This document shows, one piece after another, positions 1-15,029 of a stretch of DNA of 64,000 nucleotides (within the stretch, counting starts at the first letter, position 1; every line of letters starts with the position of its first letter). Below the pieces are notes generated by a model. The model had not been told where the DNA came from, made no database searches, and worked only from the letters and a program-made list of their open reading frames with translations. The translations under genes and the position numbers were made by a program. The DNA comes from the human T2T-CHM13v2.0 reference genome, Homo sapiens: the NCBI RefSeq assembly GCF_009914755.1, contig NC_060927.1. The stretch is one strand, 5' to 3'.

Positions 1-2056
1 AAAATATCAGGTTGCAGCTTTGGTATGTGAATGAATTGAAATGAACGAAATTTAGATATTTTACTGTTTTTTATAGCTGCAGAAACTGGAATTGCAGATA
101 CTAGTCTTGATTTAGCCTATGGTGAATTTTCAGTTATTTGAAAGTTTTATTTCTCATTCAAAGAGTAGCTTTTATCATGGCCTTTGGTCAGAGATGCTGT
201 TTGTATTGTTAAAATAAAAATCTCTTCAATATCAAATAGTATATAAGGAAGGAATCCAGAATTAGCCTGTTAGGCACACACAGCTTTGTGGTCCCAGGAA
301 TAATGGCATTCTTGAATAGTAACTCCTGAGATCAGTAAAACTTCAGAAGTTATTGCTTTATTGTCATTTTTTTACTGTTTGTCCTCTAACATGTGTGATT
401 AATAATACATTTCTCATGTATAGCCATAATGTGCCATTGAGTTTTGGATCTTTTGATTACTTGTATTCTCTCCTAAGAAAAATAATGGGATTGCATTCTT
501 AAAGCTACCAGTTTCTTGCAGGTTATTATTTGACATGCATATTACATTTTTGGTACAGCTCATTTCCAGGGACTTGCTCTGTTGCTATTTCTCACTCAGC
601 ATGTTTCAGAACTACCAAACCTGCTGAGGCATTAAGCATACTCTTTGTATATGCTCTTAGGAATATGGGAATTGCCCATATCGAAGCCAGTCATCCAGCC
701 ATCATGTGTGATTTTCTGCTTTGAACACATTTTTGTCTTGTGTTAGAGGTAAGCATTAAGGTCCTATGAGTCTCCTACTTCAGCAGTCATATACAGAAGA
801 TAGAAACTTAATTTTGATTGCATCCAGTGATGTTTTTATATACCCTGAAAGCATGATGTTTTATAATTCTGGTCTAGTGTGTTTGCAGTTTTGTTTTTAT
901 TTATATGTATCTCTAAACCTAAAACAAGTTTTTATAGAGGAAATTTTAGGTAAATTTTGTATAATTTTTTAAAAGTTGTCAGAAATCTTTATTTTACATC
1001 TGTTCCCCCTTTAGATACTAATATCCCCATGTGGGAAATGGAAAATGTAAGTTCTCCATGCTGTTGTAAGGGCTGTAAACATTTCTCAAAAGCTATATCA
1101 ACGCAGTCACCAGAACATGTTTCTGCTCTGTTGCATGTTTGTTTCCCCATCCTTTTACCATTGTTGCATTTTGTTTTTAGTGGCCCTAAGAAGCCTGCTT
1201 CTTTAATTTTTTTTCTTTAATCCTGTCTACATTCTTTGTTAAACTTTTGGTCTTTGTCACTTCTAGATTACTTTACTACCATAGATTTCCCTTTCTGTCT
1301 TTAAGTTTGTTATTTTGAATCACTTTCAACTTTTTCTGTGACACACTAGTGAGGAACTGTTCAGAGTGAATTCACTAGGTGGCTAGCATCTTAGAGTCAA
1401 AACATAAAATGTTGAAATTGATTAACTAGAGATAGTAATGTCAATTTTTAAGTAATTAAACATTGTCTAGTTTAGAACAAAGTAAACCCCATTATAGAAG
1501 TGGGAATTTAGGAAGAGGGAATGCCCTGTTGTTATATAGCCTTTCTGTATAAAATATTATAGGAAATATAGAATCAGATTTATGGTAGTTAAGAACTTTC
1601 TAAATGAATTTTAGTATATTTTCACAGGAATGATGTGAAAAGAAGAATGGATGAATGTTATCTGTGAAATGGTGAGAAAAGAAGGAACTGTGAGAATTGT
1701 GTTTTGTTATTTAAGGACCTGTGAAGGAGATGGAGGAGATCATAAGTTCCACCAGTGGTGGAGCTAGATCTCCTGGATTCATTTGAATAGAAAAAGAGAG
1801 GATATGTTGTGTTCTGTAGATGAAGGCTATCAAAGGACACCTCAATGGAAGATCCCAGGAGGAAGGTGATAAACAAATGGAAGGTAGACTTGAGTGTAGC
1901 TTTCTTCTGAAATGGGAAGAGAGTAGAAGTAAAAGCAGAAAAGAAAAATGAGGCTGTTGCTTATAAAATTTGAAAACGTTTAAAAGATTGGGTAGTAGTT
2001 AGAGTCTGAGTAACTAACATTTTAATAAATAATAGAATCTATAACCAATTGTGTAC

Positions 2057-2367
<311 letters not shown>

Positions 2368-2779
2368 TGTTAACATATTTTTAATAGATGTTTTTGAGTT
2401 ATTAAATACCCATACCCTGCAGCATTGTGGATATTTTATGTTTTCTCACTCAGTGTCACTGATTGGTTCTTTATAGTCTCTGAATTAAATATATTTTCAA
2501 AGTAGCATGTTTTCTACCAAGCGAGGTATTTTATTGTTATTTAATTATTGACATCCTTGAAATAAGAGTGGCTTTGCATTTAAGAGGTATATGAGGGAAC
2601 ACAGCTGAAAAACAAGAGCATTTTTGTTAGAAATATATTGGGGATAGGTGCTGGGGTGGGAGGGAGACTCACTAAGCCAGCAATTTTCAAAAGTTACAGT
2701 AGTATATATAAAATTTGAAGTTAATTGAGAATAACTAGAGAATGAAACCTTCTGAATAATAATAGAGATAGTTTTGGGA

Positions 2780-3250
<471 letters not shown>

Positions 3251-4737
3251 TAATGCAGGAAAAAGCACACTCCTAATGGGTACTTCAGACTGGGATTTTT
3301 AAAAAATTTCTGTTTTGTTTACTAAGTGTACTGGATATACGTCTAGTATCATCTTTAATGTTACTTTAAAAATATTCTTTAAAGTGATACCACTGGAAGA
3401 AAAACTAGCCAATTTATTTCACTTATAACTGTCATGAGCTGAAATTTCCCAACACTGACCTCTGTTTCAGATTCCTGCTGTTGCCTCTGCACTATTAGTT
3501 GGTGTCAGCAGGGGGTTAGCAGCACTCAATTTAACCTTGCTATTTGTATTCTGTTTTGAATTTTTTTCTTTTCTCATTTAACTTCCTTACATGGATTCTC
3601 CATTTTAAAGATTGTGCATGCACCATGGGGTCTGTACAGTGAAAGACTGTAGTACAGATAAGCATACAATAGAAGCACATTTAAAGATAATGTGAAGCTG
3701 CTTTTCTTTTTTTTCTTGAATAGAGGCATTGCTGTGAAAATCATTAAACAAGAGAAAAATTAAGCCTACTCATGCTGTTATTTTTCCGTTAAGATTATAG
3801 ACCAGTTTAAAATATATAAGAACTATATAGATATGGATTAATTATACATTTTATGTCCATTTAGAGGGGCATCTCTGTGACTGTTGTGCTTGTAGCTAGC
3901 CATGGACAGAGACTTATTGGACCAGAAGTACTTCTTTTGTCTCTCCCACATTAAAATTTTAGAATCTGTTATGACTGAGACCACATCCACTATTCTTATT
4001 TCAATGTGCCCCCTCTCATTGATCCCTCTACTCCCTTCTTGGACCTTTTATCTTATAAATGCTGGGACCTTCCTATTCAAAGCAGTCTTCTACAGCAGGA
4101 TAGGAAGTCATGGGTAATTAAAGAGGGGCCTCTAAACTCCAGACCCTTCCTCCTCAACTCCCCATGGAAACTGTCTCCCCTGAACAGTGCTTTGTAGAAT
4201 CCTAGTGAACTTAAAGACTCACTACTCTTATGAGTGGTCTTTATCTTTCTCTGAGTGGGTTCTAAGTAAAACACCAGGTTGGTGGAAATGGAAAGGAAGG
4301 ACGGCTGGCTCAAATTCTGGAGATACTATATGAAAAGGAATAATGAGACACTCACTGTCCTGTGGGGTAAGCAGGAAGGAAAGCCTAGCTTCCCATTCCA
4401 CAGCCTCCAATTCCATTCATTTCCAGCCACTGCTTTGTACAGCTCCAGCACACTCCTCTCCTGGTCTGTAGTTCAAGATTCCACTAGTTTCATCTCCAGG
4501 TGCCAAAGACACTCTGCTTGGTGCCTAAGACACCAAAGTGAAAACAACAGCCATGGAAAACACTTCCAGTTAAGTTGAGGGAGACCGAGATTTCACTATG
4601 TATAGCAGGGAGACTTGCATTCCTGTTAGCTCAAACAGATTCTGAAGGCATTTCTCCAGAGATGCCTTGCTTAGGTGAATGGGGAGTGTAATAACCCAGG
4701 TATTGTATTTTAATATTATAATAGTCTACTCTTATGC

Positions 4738-4860
4738 TAGGGTGACATACATCCTGGCTTGTACTGGATGTATGTCACCATCCTGGCATAATTGTTGTTA
4801 GTAAATTGCTTCCCCTTTTATTCCCCAGAAGTTTGGATGGTAAATTATATGGTCACTATA
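4738..4860 (-). mobile_element. MER94 (hAT-Blackjack MITE)
   Basis: TIRs tagggtgaca...tatggtcacta and internal gtttggatggtaaattatatggtcac match the recalled MER94 consensus. Confidence 0.7.
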
Positions 4861-5847
4861 CACATAACAAAAATGGACTTCTCAGTCCATGGGAATTGTG
4901 TAACAAAAGCCCCAAATGTAAACATATGTCATTAAGTAAAGTTAAAATGATAGTGATGGTGTTTAAAAATATCGTAAATGCAAATGTTTATTAAATGTTC
5001 TAAAAATCAAAACAAAAAACCTCTTTTGTCAGGGATTCTTGTTACTATGATATAATTCCTACAGGATGCTTAATAGCACTGCCCACACAATGGATGTGAA
5101 ATAACCACCTAATATTTTAAAATATTAAGTCAAAATATAATGGTATAAAATCTTTATAATAGAATACTTAAACGTTTCAATTAGGAATTTCAGCTTAATA
5201 AAATTACATGTTTAAATTTGTCGTATTCCCAGCTCTTTTAAATTAAAGAACCAATCATGGGCCTTCATTTTGAACATTGTTTTAAAATCATGTTAAATGT
5301 AGAAAACAAATAATGATTAAAAACAGAGATATTGGTTTTAGGAGATAAGTGTTTCACATTTATTATTTACCTTTTTTAAAAGACAGATTATGTAAATTAT
5401 TCTTCAAATTTAAATGTATAGGTATAAAATTGAATAAATAAAACAAGTTTTAGTAAGAAAACTATTTTCAGACTTAATACTAACCAACTATTGCTAATAT
5501 ACTATAAAATGCTACTTAGGCAGGTTATAGACTCCAATTATTATAGTTAATGGCCTCAGTGGCCTCACCTTGCCTTAATCTAGGACATAAAGCATGCAGA
5601 ACTCGTAATTTAATTATCACCTGTTAATATTGGCTCTAAATTCATGTCTCCCCTTTCGGGATGAAACTGCAGTGATGAGCCAATTAAAAATCATTATCTT
5701 CCTACTGAAAACACCAGCCTGCTAACTACACCACAGTATACAAATCTGCTGAGACTTTCAAGAAGAAACTTACTGCCTCTTACCTTTAGGGAGTGCTGAA
5801 TTAAATTATTTTCGGCCATTTATAATTCTAATATTTTGTTTTAATTA

Positions 5848-5956
5848 TTTATTTTTTTGAGATAGGGCCTGTGTTGCCCATGCTAGTCTCAAACTCCTGA
5901 TCTCATGCAATCCTTCTGTCTCAGGCTCCCAAGTAGCTGGGATTACAGGTGCTCAC
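5848..5956 (-). mobile_element. FLAM_A-like Alu monomer
   Basis: Poly-T followed by a single arm (tgttgccca..gtctcaaactcctg..cccaagtagctgggattacagg). Confidence 0.8.
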
Positions 5957-8204
5957 AAATCTAATTTTTCACATCTCTAGATTATATGAAGATTGTATTT
6001 TTTAATTATTACATACCTTAAAAGCCATGAGAGAAGTGGAGAGTTATGTTATTCTATAGTAATAAATGGCAGAAATGAAATCTGTGCTTTTATTCGTATT
6101 TACATATCATGAGATATAAAAAAAAAATCAGAGAATGTGGTGCTATAAAAGGGTTGTTAGCTTATAAAATCCCATTGATATGTACTAGAGAAATGTGCAG
6201 TTGATTTACAGGAATTTATTAGAAACTTTGCTCTTTGTGTACTCTCCTGACATTGTGTACTCTTGTACTGAAATCTAATTTTATAATTGACCCATGGGAA
6301 TCAAACTCTGGAAAATTGATTTGTGCTAACCAAACTCACAAGAGATTGATTTATAAACTAGTAAATCACTTTTTAACTTACTATGAGAATGCTACCTGAT
6401 CCAAAAACCTGAAAAATTTATGGTGTGTTTTTGAGTTTTCGCTACTCTCAGTTCAGGCACTATAGTGAATAAAGAGGTGAAAAACACTTAGTCCTCATCC
6501 TCAATGAATTTATAATCTGGCGAGAAGACTTGGACAGCAATACATAGAGTACAAGTCAGACTACAATAAATGCGTGAGTGATATGTTGTGGTTAAATGTT
6601 TAGTAGAGGTTTTTTGTTTCTGCTAGGCATACTCTTGTAGTTGGGAAACCAAATTATACTTCAGTGGATATGTTTTAAGAGATATTTCTTTCAAGCCATT
6701 ATTGGATAATAAATTAACTTTCCCTTTTCTCTGCATGTTTCTATATAAAGAATCAGGACCAACAGCCCATAATTAGGACACCTTTGCTCTTGAATATGCT
6801 CTAGACACTACAAAATTTTTTAAACCCTTAACAAGTGCAGATACATGAAAAGTTCACTCTTGTTGCAGTTATTACACCAGAATCTTTCCTTCTGTACTGT
6901 AGATTAATTCTAAAGTTAGTGCATAAGGCAAAAATTAAATTATATGTAGCCAAAGTGCTCTAAAAATTTCATAAATGGCTTATAGAATACATACTGGTTT
7001 TGTAAAACTGCTCAGTAATATACAAGTATAATGTTTGGTAAATCATGATATATAATAAAGCATACATAATCCAAACAATTTTAAAGTATTCTAATTGCAG
7101 TATTTTAAAGGAGTTGTTTATACAAAGGAATCTTAATAAATTAAATGTATGTGCCATGTATATCCTCTGTCATCATACTCAAGTTTGTAGTTTTCTTCCA
7201 TTGAGTAGATTTCAGGTGGGCCACTATCTAACAGTATATATTGGGATACTTACCTGTTAAAATACAAGATAGATTGTGTTGCTTTTGAGGAGCTTTTCTA
7301 TAGCCAGCCTGTTTTAGACTTTTTGCGTGGATTTGTTTTGTGTGGTAGAAGTAAGGAGATGATCAAGGTATGATTTCATGAATCACATAGTTTATTGCCA
7401 TACAAAGAGAATTTTTTCCTTAGGTTCCTGGTGCGTAAAGAAGGGGAGAATAACGTGAACAGATCTCAGAGGGAGTATACTCGATAGGTAAGATACGTGA
7501 ACCACAAAGTGAGTAAGTTCCAAAATTATTAAAGGCGTTGCCCAATTAGGATGGAAGCCGTCTTCTGTGGAAAATAGTCTAATTAAAGATTGAGGTGTAC
7601 CTTTTTACAACCTTTGTACCATAGAGGTCAAGCCTATAGAGAAACTGGCTTGACCAATACAGTGGAGATCTGTTACCACAGGTAAGGTCCCTCAAGGCTG
7701 AGGGTGGTGCCAGTAGTGGCAGGCAAGGCTTCAGAGATTAGCTGGAATGATGTTGCCCTGTGGCAATGTCACAGCATGTCCTCTTGGTCTTTGGAGAACA
7801 TGTAGCTTGCCACAGTCTGAACTCTCAAAGTGTCTGTCAAACTCTTAGTTTTATATGTATTTTGAAGTCCAGTAGTTGAGGTCAGCAACTCACATATGAG
7901 TTCTGATAAGGTGTGATGTGACATTCGCAAGGGGAGGGGTACCACTGTCACATTCTCTAGGGGATGAGGGAGAAAACACTCCAGCTTCTTCTTATAGCAG
8001 AACATAAATCATTCACATAGCAAACTATGTAAGTGTTTGGAATCATTTCACAGCAACATAACAGGATTCTTACTAGTCTCAGGCATCCTTCCTAGATTTG
8101 GATGTTAGTCATACTTTTCTCTAATTACTATAGTCACCCAAACATACATGCAGCTGACTGGCATTGGGTCCGTGTTCTGTTTCTGACCATGGATAGCTTA
8201 CCAA

Positions 8205-8266
8205 CCTACAAGGAAATCAAGCCCCTGACTTGGCTGTTATTTGCACTGTACTCCATCAGCTGAGCC
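8205..8266 (-). mobile_element. Degenerate tRNA-Ile(AAT)-like head, probably MamSINE1
   Basis: ggaaatcaagcccctgacttggctgttatttgcactgtactccatcagctgagc aligns to the reverse complement of tRNA-Ile (GGGATCGAACCCGCGACCTTGGCGTTATTAGCACC..CAACTGAGC). Too decayed to be a functional tRNA. Confidence 0.6.
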
Positions 8267-8664
8267 TCAGAACTCATCTACCTGAAAAAGTGATAAAATT
8301 GTCTCATTTAGCAAGCACACTGAAGCAAGACTAGCTGTGTTCAGCCTGCATCTAAAAGTGTGTTACTCTGTGACTTGGCTCACTGTAATAGTAATTTTGA
8401 GGTAATTATTAATGATAGTGTTTATGGTACTAACTGGTGCCTGATCATTTTCACAATAAGGTTGGTATTATTTCCATTTTTAGGAGATCAAAGTTTGCAG
8501 GATTTGCAAAAGCCTTGATTTGAAAGCCAGTGGCAGAGCCAGGCCAGAATGATGGTTTTCCCCATCTAAAGTCAGTCAGTGGTCTGCTTATCTATGAGAT
8601 CATGGCCATTATACCAAATATTGGGAGGACCTGGTGAAAGATGCTTTTAGGATCTGGCATCGAA

Positions 8665-8870
8665 AATGTAGAGCTCATGCTCTGGAATCCAAGAGTTGTA
8701 AGAATTTCCCTGTTCTCCTTAAGGGCTGGGTGACTTTCAGCAAGTTACTTTAAACTTTTCAAGCCTCAGTTTATCCCCCTTAGGGATTTTCTGATAGTTA
8801 AATGAAATAATAGGTAAAGTGCTTAGCACAGAACCTGATATATGATAAGAGCTTAGTAAATATTATTTGT
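8665..8870 (+). mobile_element. MIR
   Basis: MIR core gtgactttcagcaagttactttaaacttttcaagcctcagttt...aaagtgcttagcacag. Confidence 0.75.
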
Positions 8871-10263
8871 TTTTTAATCTTGATATTTAGAATTTCAAGT
8901 TTTCAACAGCTTTTATGTACATCTCTTATGTACATGTGTATTGCCAAATGAAAGCCTGTTTTTCTTCCTAAAAATGACTAGATATTATATAACTCTATAG
9001 ATAATGTTCTTATGAGGGCACACATAATCACCACCACTCACAATACCTAGTTTTGGAATCTTAATTATTCCTTCCATAATATTTTCTTAATCTGCTATAA
9101 TGTGAGATATATGACTACAGCTGAGAGATATTAAAAGCAGAACAGGAAACCACAGAAGTTTCTTAAAATAAAAATACAAACTGAGCTCAGAAACATGATT
9201 TTTATATACATATCTGAAAAAGAAATGTAGCCAGTGAGCAGAATATACTCAAAGCCAACCACAAATAAGCAGTAAAAAAAAAAAAAAAAATACTGCAGTT
9301 TATTTTAAAATTGTACACATCTTGCTTTCATTAGAGTATATAGGAATTTCATTATAAAATACATTTTTAAAAATTTAAAGGTACATATGTGCTTTGACTG
9401 AATAATTCTGTGATGTTGATTATACTCTAAAGTATACATGTGAAGCTAGAGTTGAATATGAGGTGCTGCCTTGTTCTTCCAGACTGTAATAGCGTGTATG
9501 CTATGTGGCCAAACCCTGTCCTCTGCAGAGACCAGCAAGTCAAACCCATGTTTCTCAGAGCTTGGTTACATGAGCTCTTGGTAGCACATGTACCTATATG
9601 TAAAATATTTATAGATAGCTCTCAATTTTTAAAAAGTAATGTACAGTAAATTTTATGATCACCTTCTAATTGCAAGTGAATTGGCTTTTGTTTTTGAATT
9701 GACAGCTTCCCTTTGAAATTCATTTTACTTATGCTTTTTTAAAAAGTGTGTTGATTTTAAAAATCAGCATGAAAACTAGTATGAGGATAGGGAGAAAGTA
9801 CAAATGTTACACTCAGCTGACTGAAGTTTTGGGGACTCTGAACTAAACAGAACTGTATAGTTGATATTTTAACTTAAAATATTACCTGTTTGGCCTACCT
9901 AATTTTTACTTGAGAGAAAAATAACATTAATACCTATTTTCTTTGTCAAATCTCTATAACACCCTTTAATTACTACATTTTTAGTAGCAGTGATTTGCTG
10001 ACATTTGTGCAACCCCTATGTTGTGATCCATATACTTCTCAGTGACTGAAGTATTTTCTTTAAAATTAGTCCTGCTATATGTTTATGTAAATCTTTGGGA
10101 GAGGGATTTCTTTTCAAAATGCTGTTTGACTGTCTTGTGAGATTGAATGTCTGTGATCAAAGTACTGAAAAATTTAAAATACATAATTATGAAGTAGCTC
10201 CTCACATCTGAAGAAATGTTCCACAGAGATTCCACCATGTTTCTTCAAGATTATGTATTTATT

Positions 10264-10700
10264 TATTTTTTTATTTTATTTTTTTTATTATACTTTAAGT
10301 TTTAGGGTACATGTGCACATTGTGCAGGTTAGTTACATATGTATACATGTGCCATGCTGGTGCGCTGCACCCACTAACTCGTCATCTAGCATTAGGTATA
10401 TCCCCCGATGCTATCCCTCCCCCCTCCCCCGACCCCACAACAGTCCCCAGAGTATGATATTCCCCTTCCTGTGTCCATGTGATCTCATTGTTCAATTCCC
10501 ACCTATGAGTGAGAATATGCGGTGTTTGGTTTTTTGTTCTTGCGATAGTTTACTGAGAATGATGATTTCCAATTTCATCCATGTCCCTACAAAGGACATG
10601 AACTCATCATTTTTTATGGCTGCATAGTATTCCATGGTGTATATGTGCCACATTTTCTTAATCCAGTCTATCATTGTTGGACATTTGGGTTGGTTCCAAG
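10264..10700 (-). mobile_element. 5'-truncated young L1 (L1PA2 / non-Ta L1HS-like)
   Basis: ORF2 C-terminus (WIKKMWHIYTMEYYAAIKNDEF...), 3'UTR and poly(A); perfect TSD CAAGATTATGTATTTATT at 10246-10263 and 10697-10714; GAG (not ACA/ACG) at the Ta diagnostic site. Confidence 0.95.
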
Positions 10701-10704
10701 ATTA

Positions 10705-10990
10705 TGTATTTATTGAGTTCTAATTTTCTCTCGGACATGGTACTAAGACATGGTGTGATGGGAGAGAGAGATGTTAGAAAGACACCTCTCTGAGGAGGTG
10801 ACCTTTACGTTGAAATTCTGAAGAAAGTAGGGCAGGTAAGCTCTAAGTAGAAGGAAAATATGCAAAGACCTAGGGCAGAAAGGAGTTTGGTCCGTTAGAC
10901 AAACTCAGAGTAATCCTGTGCAGTGGGAGCTTAGTGAATGAAGGGAAGAGAAGTGAGAGATAAGTTTGGAAAAGTGAGAAGGAATCAGTG
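10705..10990 (-). mobile_element. L2 fragment (host of the L1 insertion)
   Basis: tatttattgag...ctctctgaggaggtgac...tgcaaagaccta..gcagaaaggagtttgg is typical antisense L2. Confidence 0.55.
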
Positions 10991-11257
10991 GGGCAGTCTT
11001 TCTCCCAGATACTGTCACTTTATCATAAATTAACTTAGTGAAACTACACTAGAGCTAAAACTGTTACTTTACCTTGAATATAAAGGGAGAAAATGCTAAG
11101 AACATTTGATTACTGTAAAAAAAAAAAAAAAAACCCTGAAATTGCGAACTTCTCTATTGGAAATTTAAAAAAAATCATTTTGTTGAAATTGCTATACTCT
11201 TGTGGTAGTGACTAACCATCACTACCATCCCATTTCTTCTTTATTAAAAAAAAAATT

Positions 11258-11553
11258 ATTTTTCTAGAGACAGGGTCTTGCTCTGTCACTCAGGCAGGAG
11301 GGCAGTGGTGCAGTCCTAGCTCACTGCAGCCTGGAGCTCTAGGGCTCAAGCGATTTTTCTGAGCAGCTAGGACTACAGGCACATGCCGTGACTACAGGCG
11401 TGTGCCGCTATGCCCAGCTGATTTTTAAATTTTTTGTAGAGACTAGGTTTTGCTATGTTGCTCAGGCTGGTCTTGAACTCTTTGCCTCAAGTGATCCTCC
11501 CGCCTCCACCTGCCAGTGCTGGGATTATAGACGTGAGCCACCGGTGCCCAGCC
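11258..11553 (-). mobile_element. AluJ with internal 19-bp duplication
   Basis: Reverse Alu dimer; gactacaggcacatgccgt/gactacaggcgtgtgccgc at 11371-11408. Confidence 0.9.
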
Positions 11554-13208
11554 TCACTTTCTTCTTTAGCAGGCCTCCCTGCCCTATACCTTCTGCTCAT
11601 ATTTAATGCATAGGCCCTACAGTCAGATGAAATCTTCCTGGGAATTGATTTCCCTGACCTTAATTTTCTATAGTCCTGTTTTTACCTTTCGTGTTCTGTG
11701 CCCAGCTCTGTTGGAATGCTTATGCACCTACTATCAGTGACTTTGATCTGGCTGGAGGGGTTCTAAGTCCATATGCTCCCCCTTGATTTAGAATTGGATT
11801 CTCTAGTACTCTGTATTTCAGGTACAGTGTAGGTTAAGTGATTTTTTTTTGAGCTGCCATGAGATTTAAGCACTTTATGTAAAACAATTTAATTAGGTAA
11901 GTGAATTCCAAGCTCTAAGCACTAAGGTAGGTAGACCAAGTTTTGAAACATAACTAGTTTATAATTTGGGAACCGTTTGAGTTAAACTGTATTTTCATCT
12001 TCAGTAGTCTTGTTCTGTGCCTCATTGTTAGGGTCCACAGTATTGCCATTGATAGTGTTGTTAATGAATAGAATCTTCATGCCTCCTGTTCTCCTGACTG
12101 GAAAGGGCACTTTATTTAATTCTTCTTTTCTAATGAAGACTTTTAGATAATCTTCTTATAAATCTGCCTTTTGATATTTTTTGTTTTTATTTTCCCACAG
12201 TATACACAATCTGAAGATCATATTTTCATCTGTCTTGTATAGGCTTAGAATAAAGTTAAGGTATAGATTAGCTCTGGATTCAAATCAGATGGTCAGGTAA
12301 GATCTCTTTCTGGGAAACTGTGGTAAGAATGTGTAGAAAAATATTCCTGGCAACAAAGTTAGAAAAACTATCCAAAATTCCAATAAATCTATAATTTTCA
12401 CTGTCCATGGAGAAGAAAAAAATGTCATTTGATCATATGGCATTAGTTTATGCAAGTGTCTCAGAAGAAGGTAAGTTATGGGTATTTTTTCAAGTATGTA
12501 TAGGATTTAATTTGTTTAGGAAAAAGCACTCTAAGGTAATGGGTGTGTGTTAGTCATTCTGTAAGAGCTCCACATTATTACTCTGCTGGACCTGTCTGCC
12601 AGTACCCCGGCTAGCTGAAATTCAGGCACATGGAGCATCACTTATCCCCCTGAATTATGTTAATATTAGGAAGGGACAAATTACTTAATAAAAGATACTG
12701 TATAACATTTTATGAATATCATTTAGAAGTAACTGCTGATAACTTTTTCTGTCAATGAGAATTACTGTTCTTTATAATTGTGAGTCTCAAATTTTATCTA
12801 TGTTGACTTAGATGAAAATAAAGGAGTTTTCTTGTTTGGGCATGGTGTTGATTATGTTAACAATATATTGTTAGATGCTGTTTCCCAGTGTTTGAGGCTG
12901 CTTTGCCCCGGAGAGTGGAGAAGGATGTAGACTGAGAAGGTGGGAGGCGGAATGGCTGCTTACTGTGGGGTCTCACAAAATTCTGTTAGTTGGTCTTCAT
13001 GATCTAAAGATTCTTCTCCATTCCCCCGCTACTTTCCCATCCAGGGGATTATTCTCGCAACCCACTTTTTAAAACAGTTGTTTCAATTTGAGAAGTTGTT
13101 AATTTTACTTATGATTGTCAGTTTATGATTATTTTATTAGGTATATTTTATGAAATATCAACAAACTAAGGTGATTTACACTACTCTTCATAATTACGAA
13201 TACTTTAA

Positions 13209-13548
<340 letters not shown>

Positions 13549-13949
13549 TGAGCGTATTAATGGCATATTTGGGAGAGAAGTTGATATTCATATTTTAAAA
13601 TGACTCCAAATTTTTATCTTGAGCGAAGTAGTATTCACTATACATAATTTATTATTTTACATTTTCTATTCCTAACCAAATTAGACATTTTAAAAAACTC
13701 TGAAAAATCACAGCTTTGCTTGTGGACTCCATTTTGTGTAGATAATTAAGATCCATGGTTTGAATACCATTTAGGCTTATCAATACAAGGAAATATTACT
13801 CCTTAAACAAATAACTGTTGTAAGATTGTGTCTTTTTCTGTAGTTTCTTAATACATTTAAAAACATGTGCAAAGGACCAGACATGAAGGGAATGACAGTT
13901 TTTAAAAATCAAATTGTGAAAAGGTTAGTTTTTTTTTTGTACCAAGGAG

Positions 13950-14470
13950 GTAAGAGTCAGGAGGAATAAACAGGTGTAAACTGTAAAGAGCATTGTAATG
14001 TACGTTAAGGAGCTTTAACTGAAGTCTAAGAAGAGTAGTTGAACACTTTTAATAAGAGTAACATTTTCCAGTTGAGTTTTAGGAAGTACTGGCAGAAATT
14101 GAATAATGAGTTTAAAGGAAGAAAAGTAAAAGTAGGAAGAACAGTTAGAATGTTACTGTATTAATGTGGGTGATAATTGATTGGATGTTGTTGTAGGGGT
14201 CAGGGACTCAGGGTTTTAACTTAGTCCATGTGTGGATAACACAGTTTTTTTTTTCTTTTTTGAAGTATATTGCAGTATAAATTCAGCTGTGGACATACTG
14301 GATTTAAGTTGTCTAAGACTGATGTAGAAATGTTCAGTGAGCAGTTGAACACATACATTAGCAAACCTTGAGGAAAATCTGGCTTGGGAATATAGATTTG
14401 GAATCTAGCAAATGATGATTAAATTTAGAGAAGTAGACGAAATCAACAACTATATAGAATGAAATAGAAG
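13950..14470 (-). mobile_element. L2 fragment
   Basis: gtggacatactggatttaagttg..gaaatgttcagtgagcagttga..ggcttgggaatatagatttggaatc resembles antisense L2. Confidence 0.55.
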
Positions 14471-15029
14471 CCGATTGACTTTTAAGAGATGAGCATTTTA
14501 TCCCCCTTTTTTTTTTCTGTTTAACTGGTAAGCATTGCAGTGGCACTGCATACCTTTTTCAATGCAGATGTATATTATTTTAGGCATATTATGGATTAAA
14601 TTGGCATCTGTCGGCCACTCTGTAAACCTAATTATTATTTATTTATTTGGAAAAGATACTGAGGTTTTTTTTGTTTTGTTTTGTTTTACAAGTGTTGGGG
14701 TGTAACTTGCTTGTAAATTTGGAGCCTGGCAATATCTGAAAATATATTTTCTTCTAGAGCCCTGCTTAGCTCAGTTTTTCCCTTTCTCTGAAGCTTGATG
14801 ATATATACTTAATGCTGTAGAACTTTTAAACTAAGTTATTCTTTGTTATTGTACCAATATGATTTTTTTTTAGGCTGCTGAATAGGGAAATAGTATATCC
14901 ATCAATGAAATGCATTATTTCTTTAAAAAAAAAAAAGGAAAAATTTCAGTTTCATGCCATATAAAACTATTAATAAATTAACCTCACAATTTATCTAAGC
15001 CCTTAACGTGCTCAAAGTGATGGTTTGTG

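Noticed and set aside
77-121. Possible 45-nt exon (AETGIADTSLDLAY)
   Set aside because: Acceptor is plausible, but the donor G|gtgaat is weak and the peptide is unrecognised.
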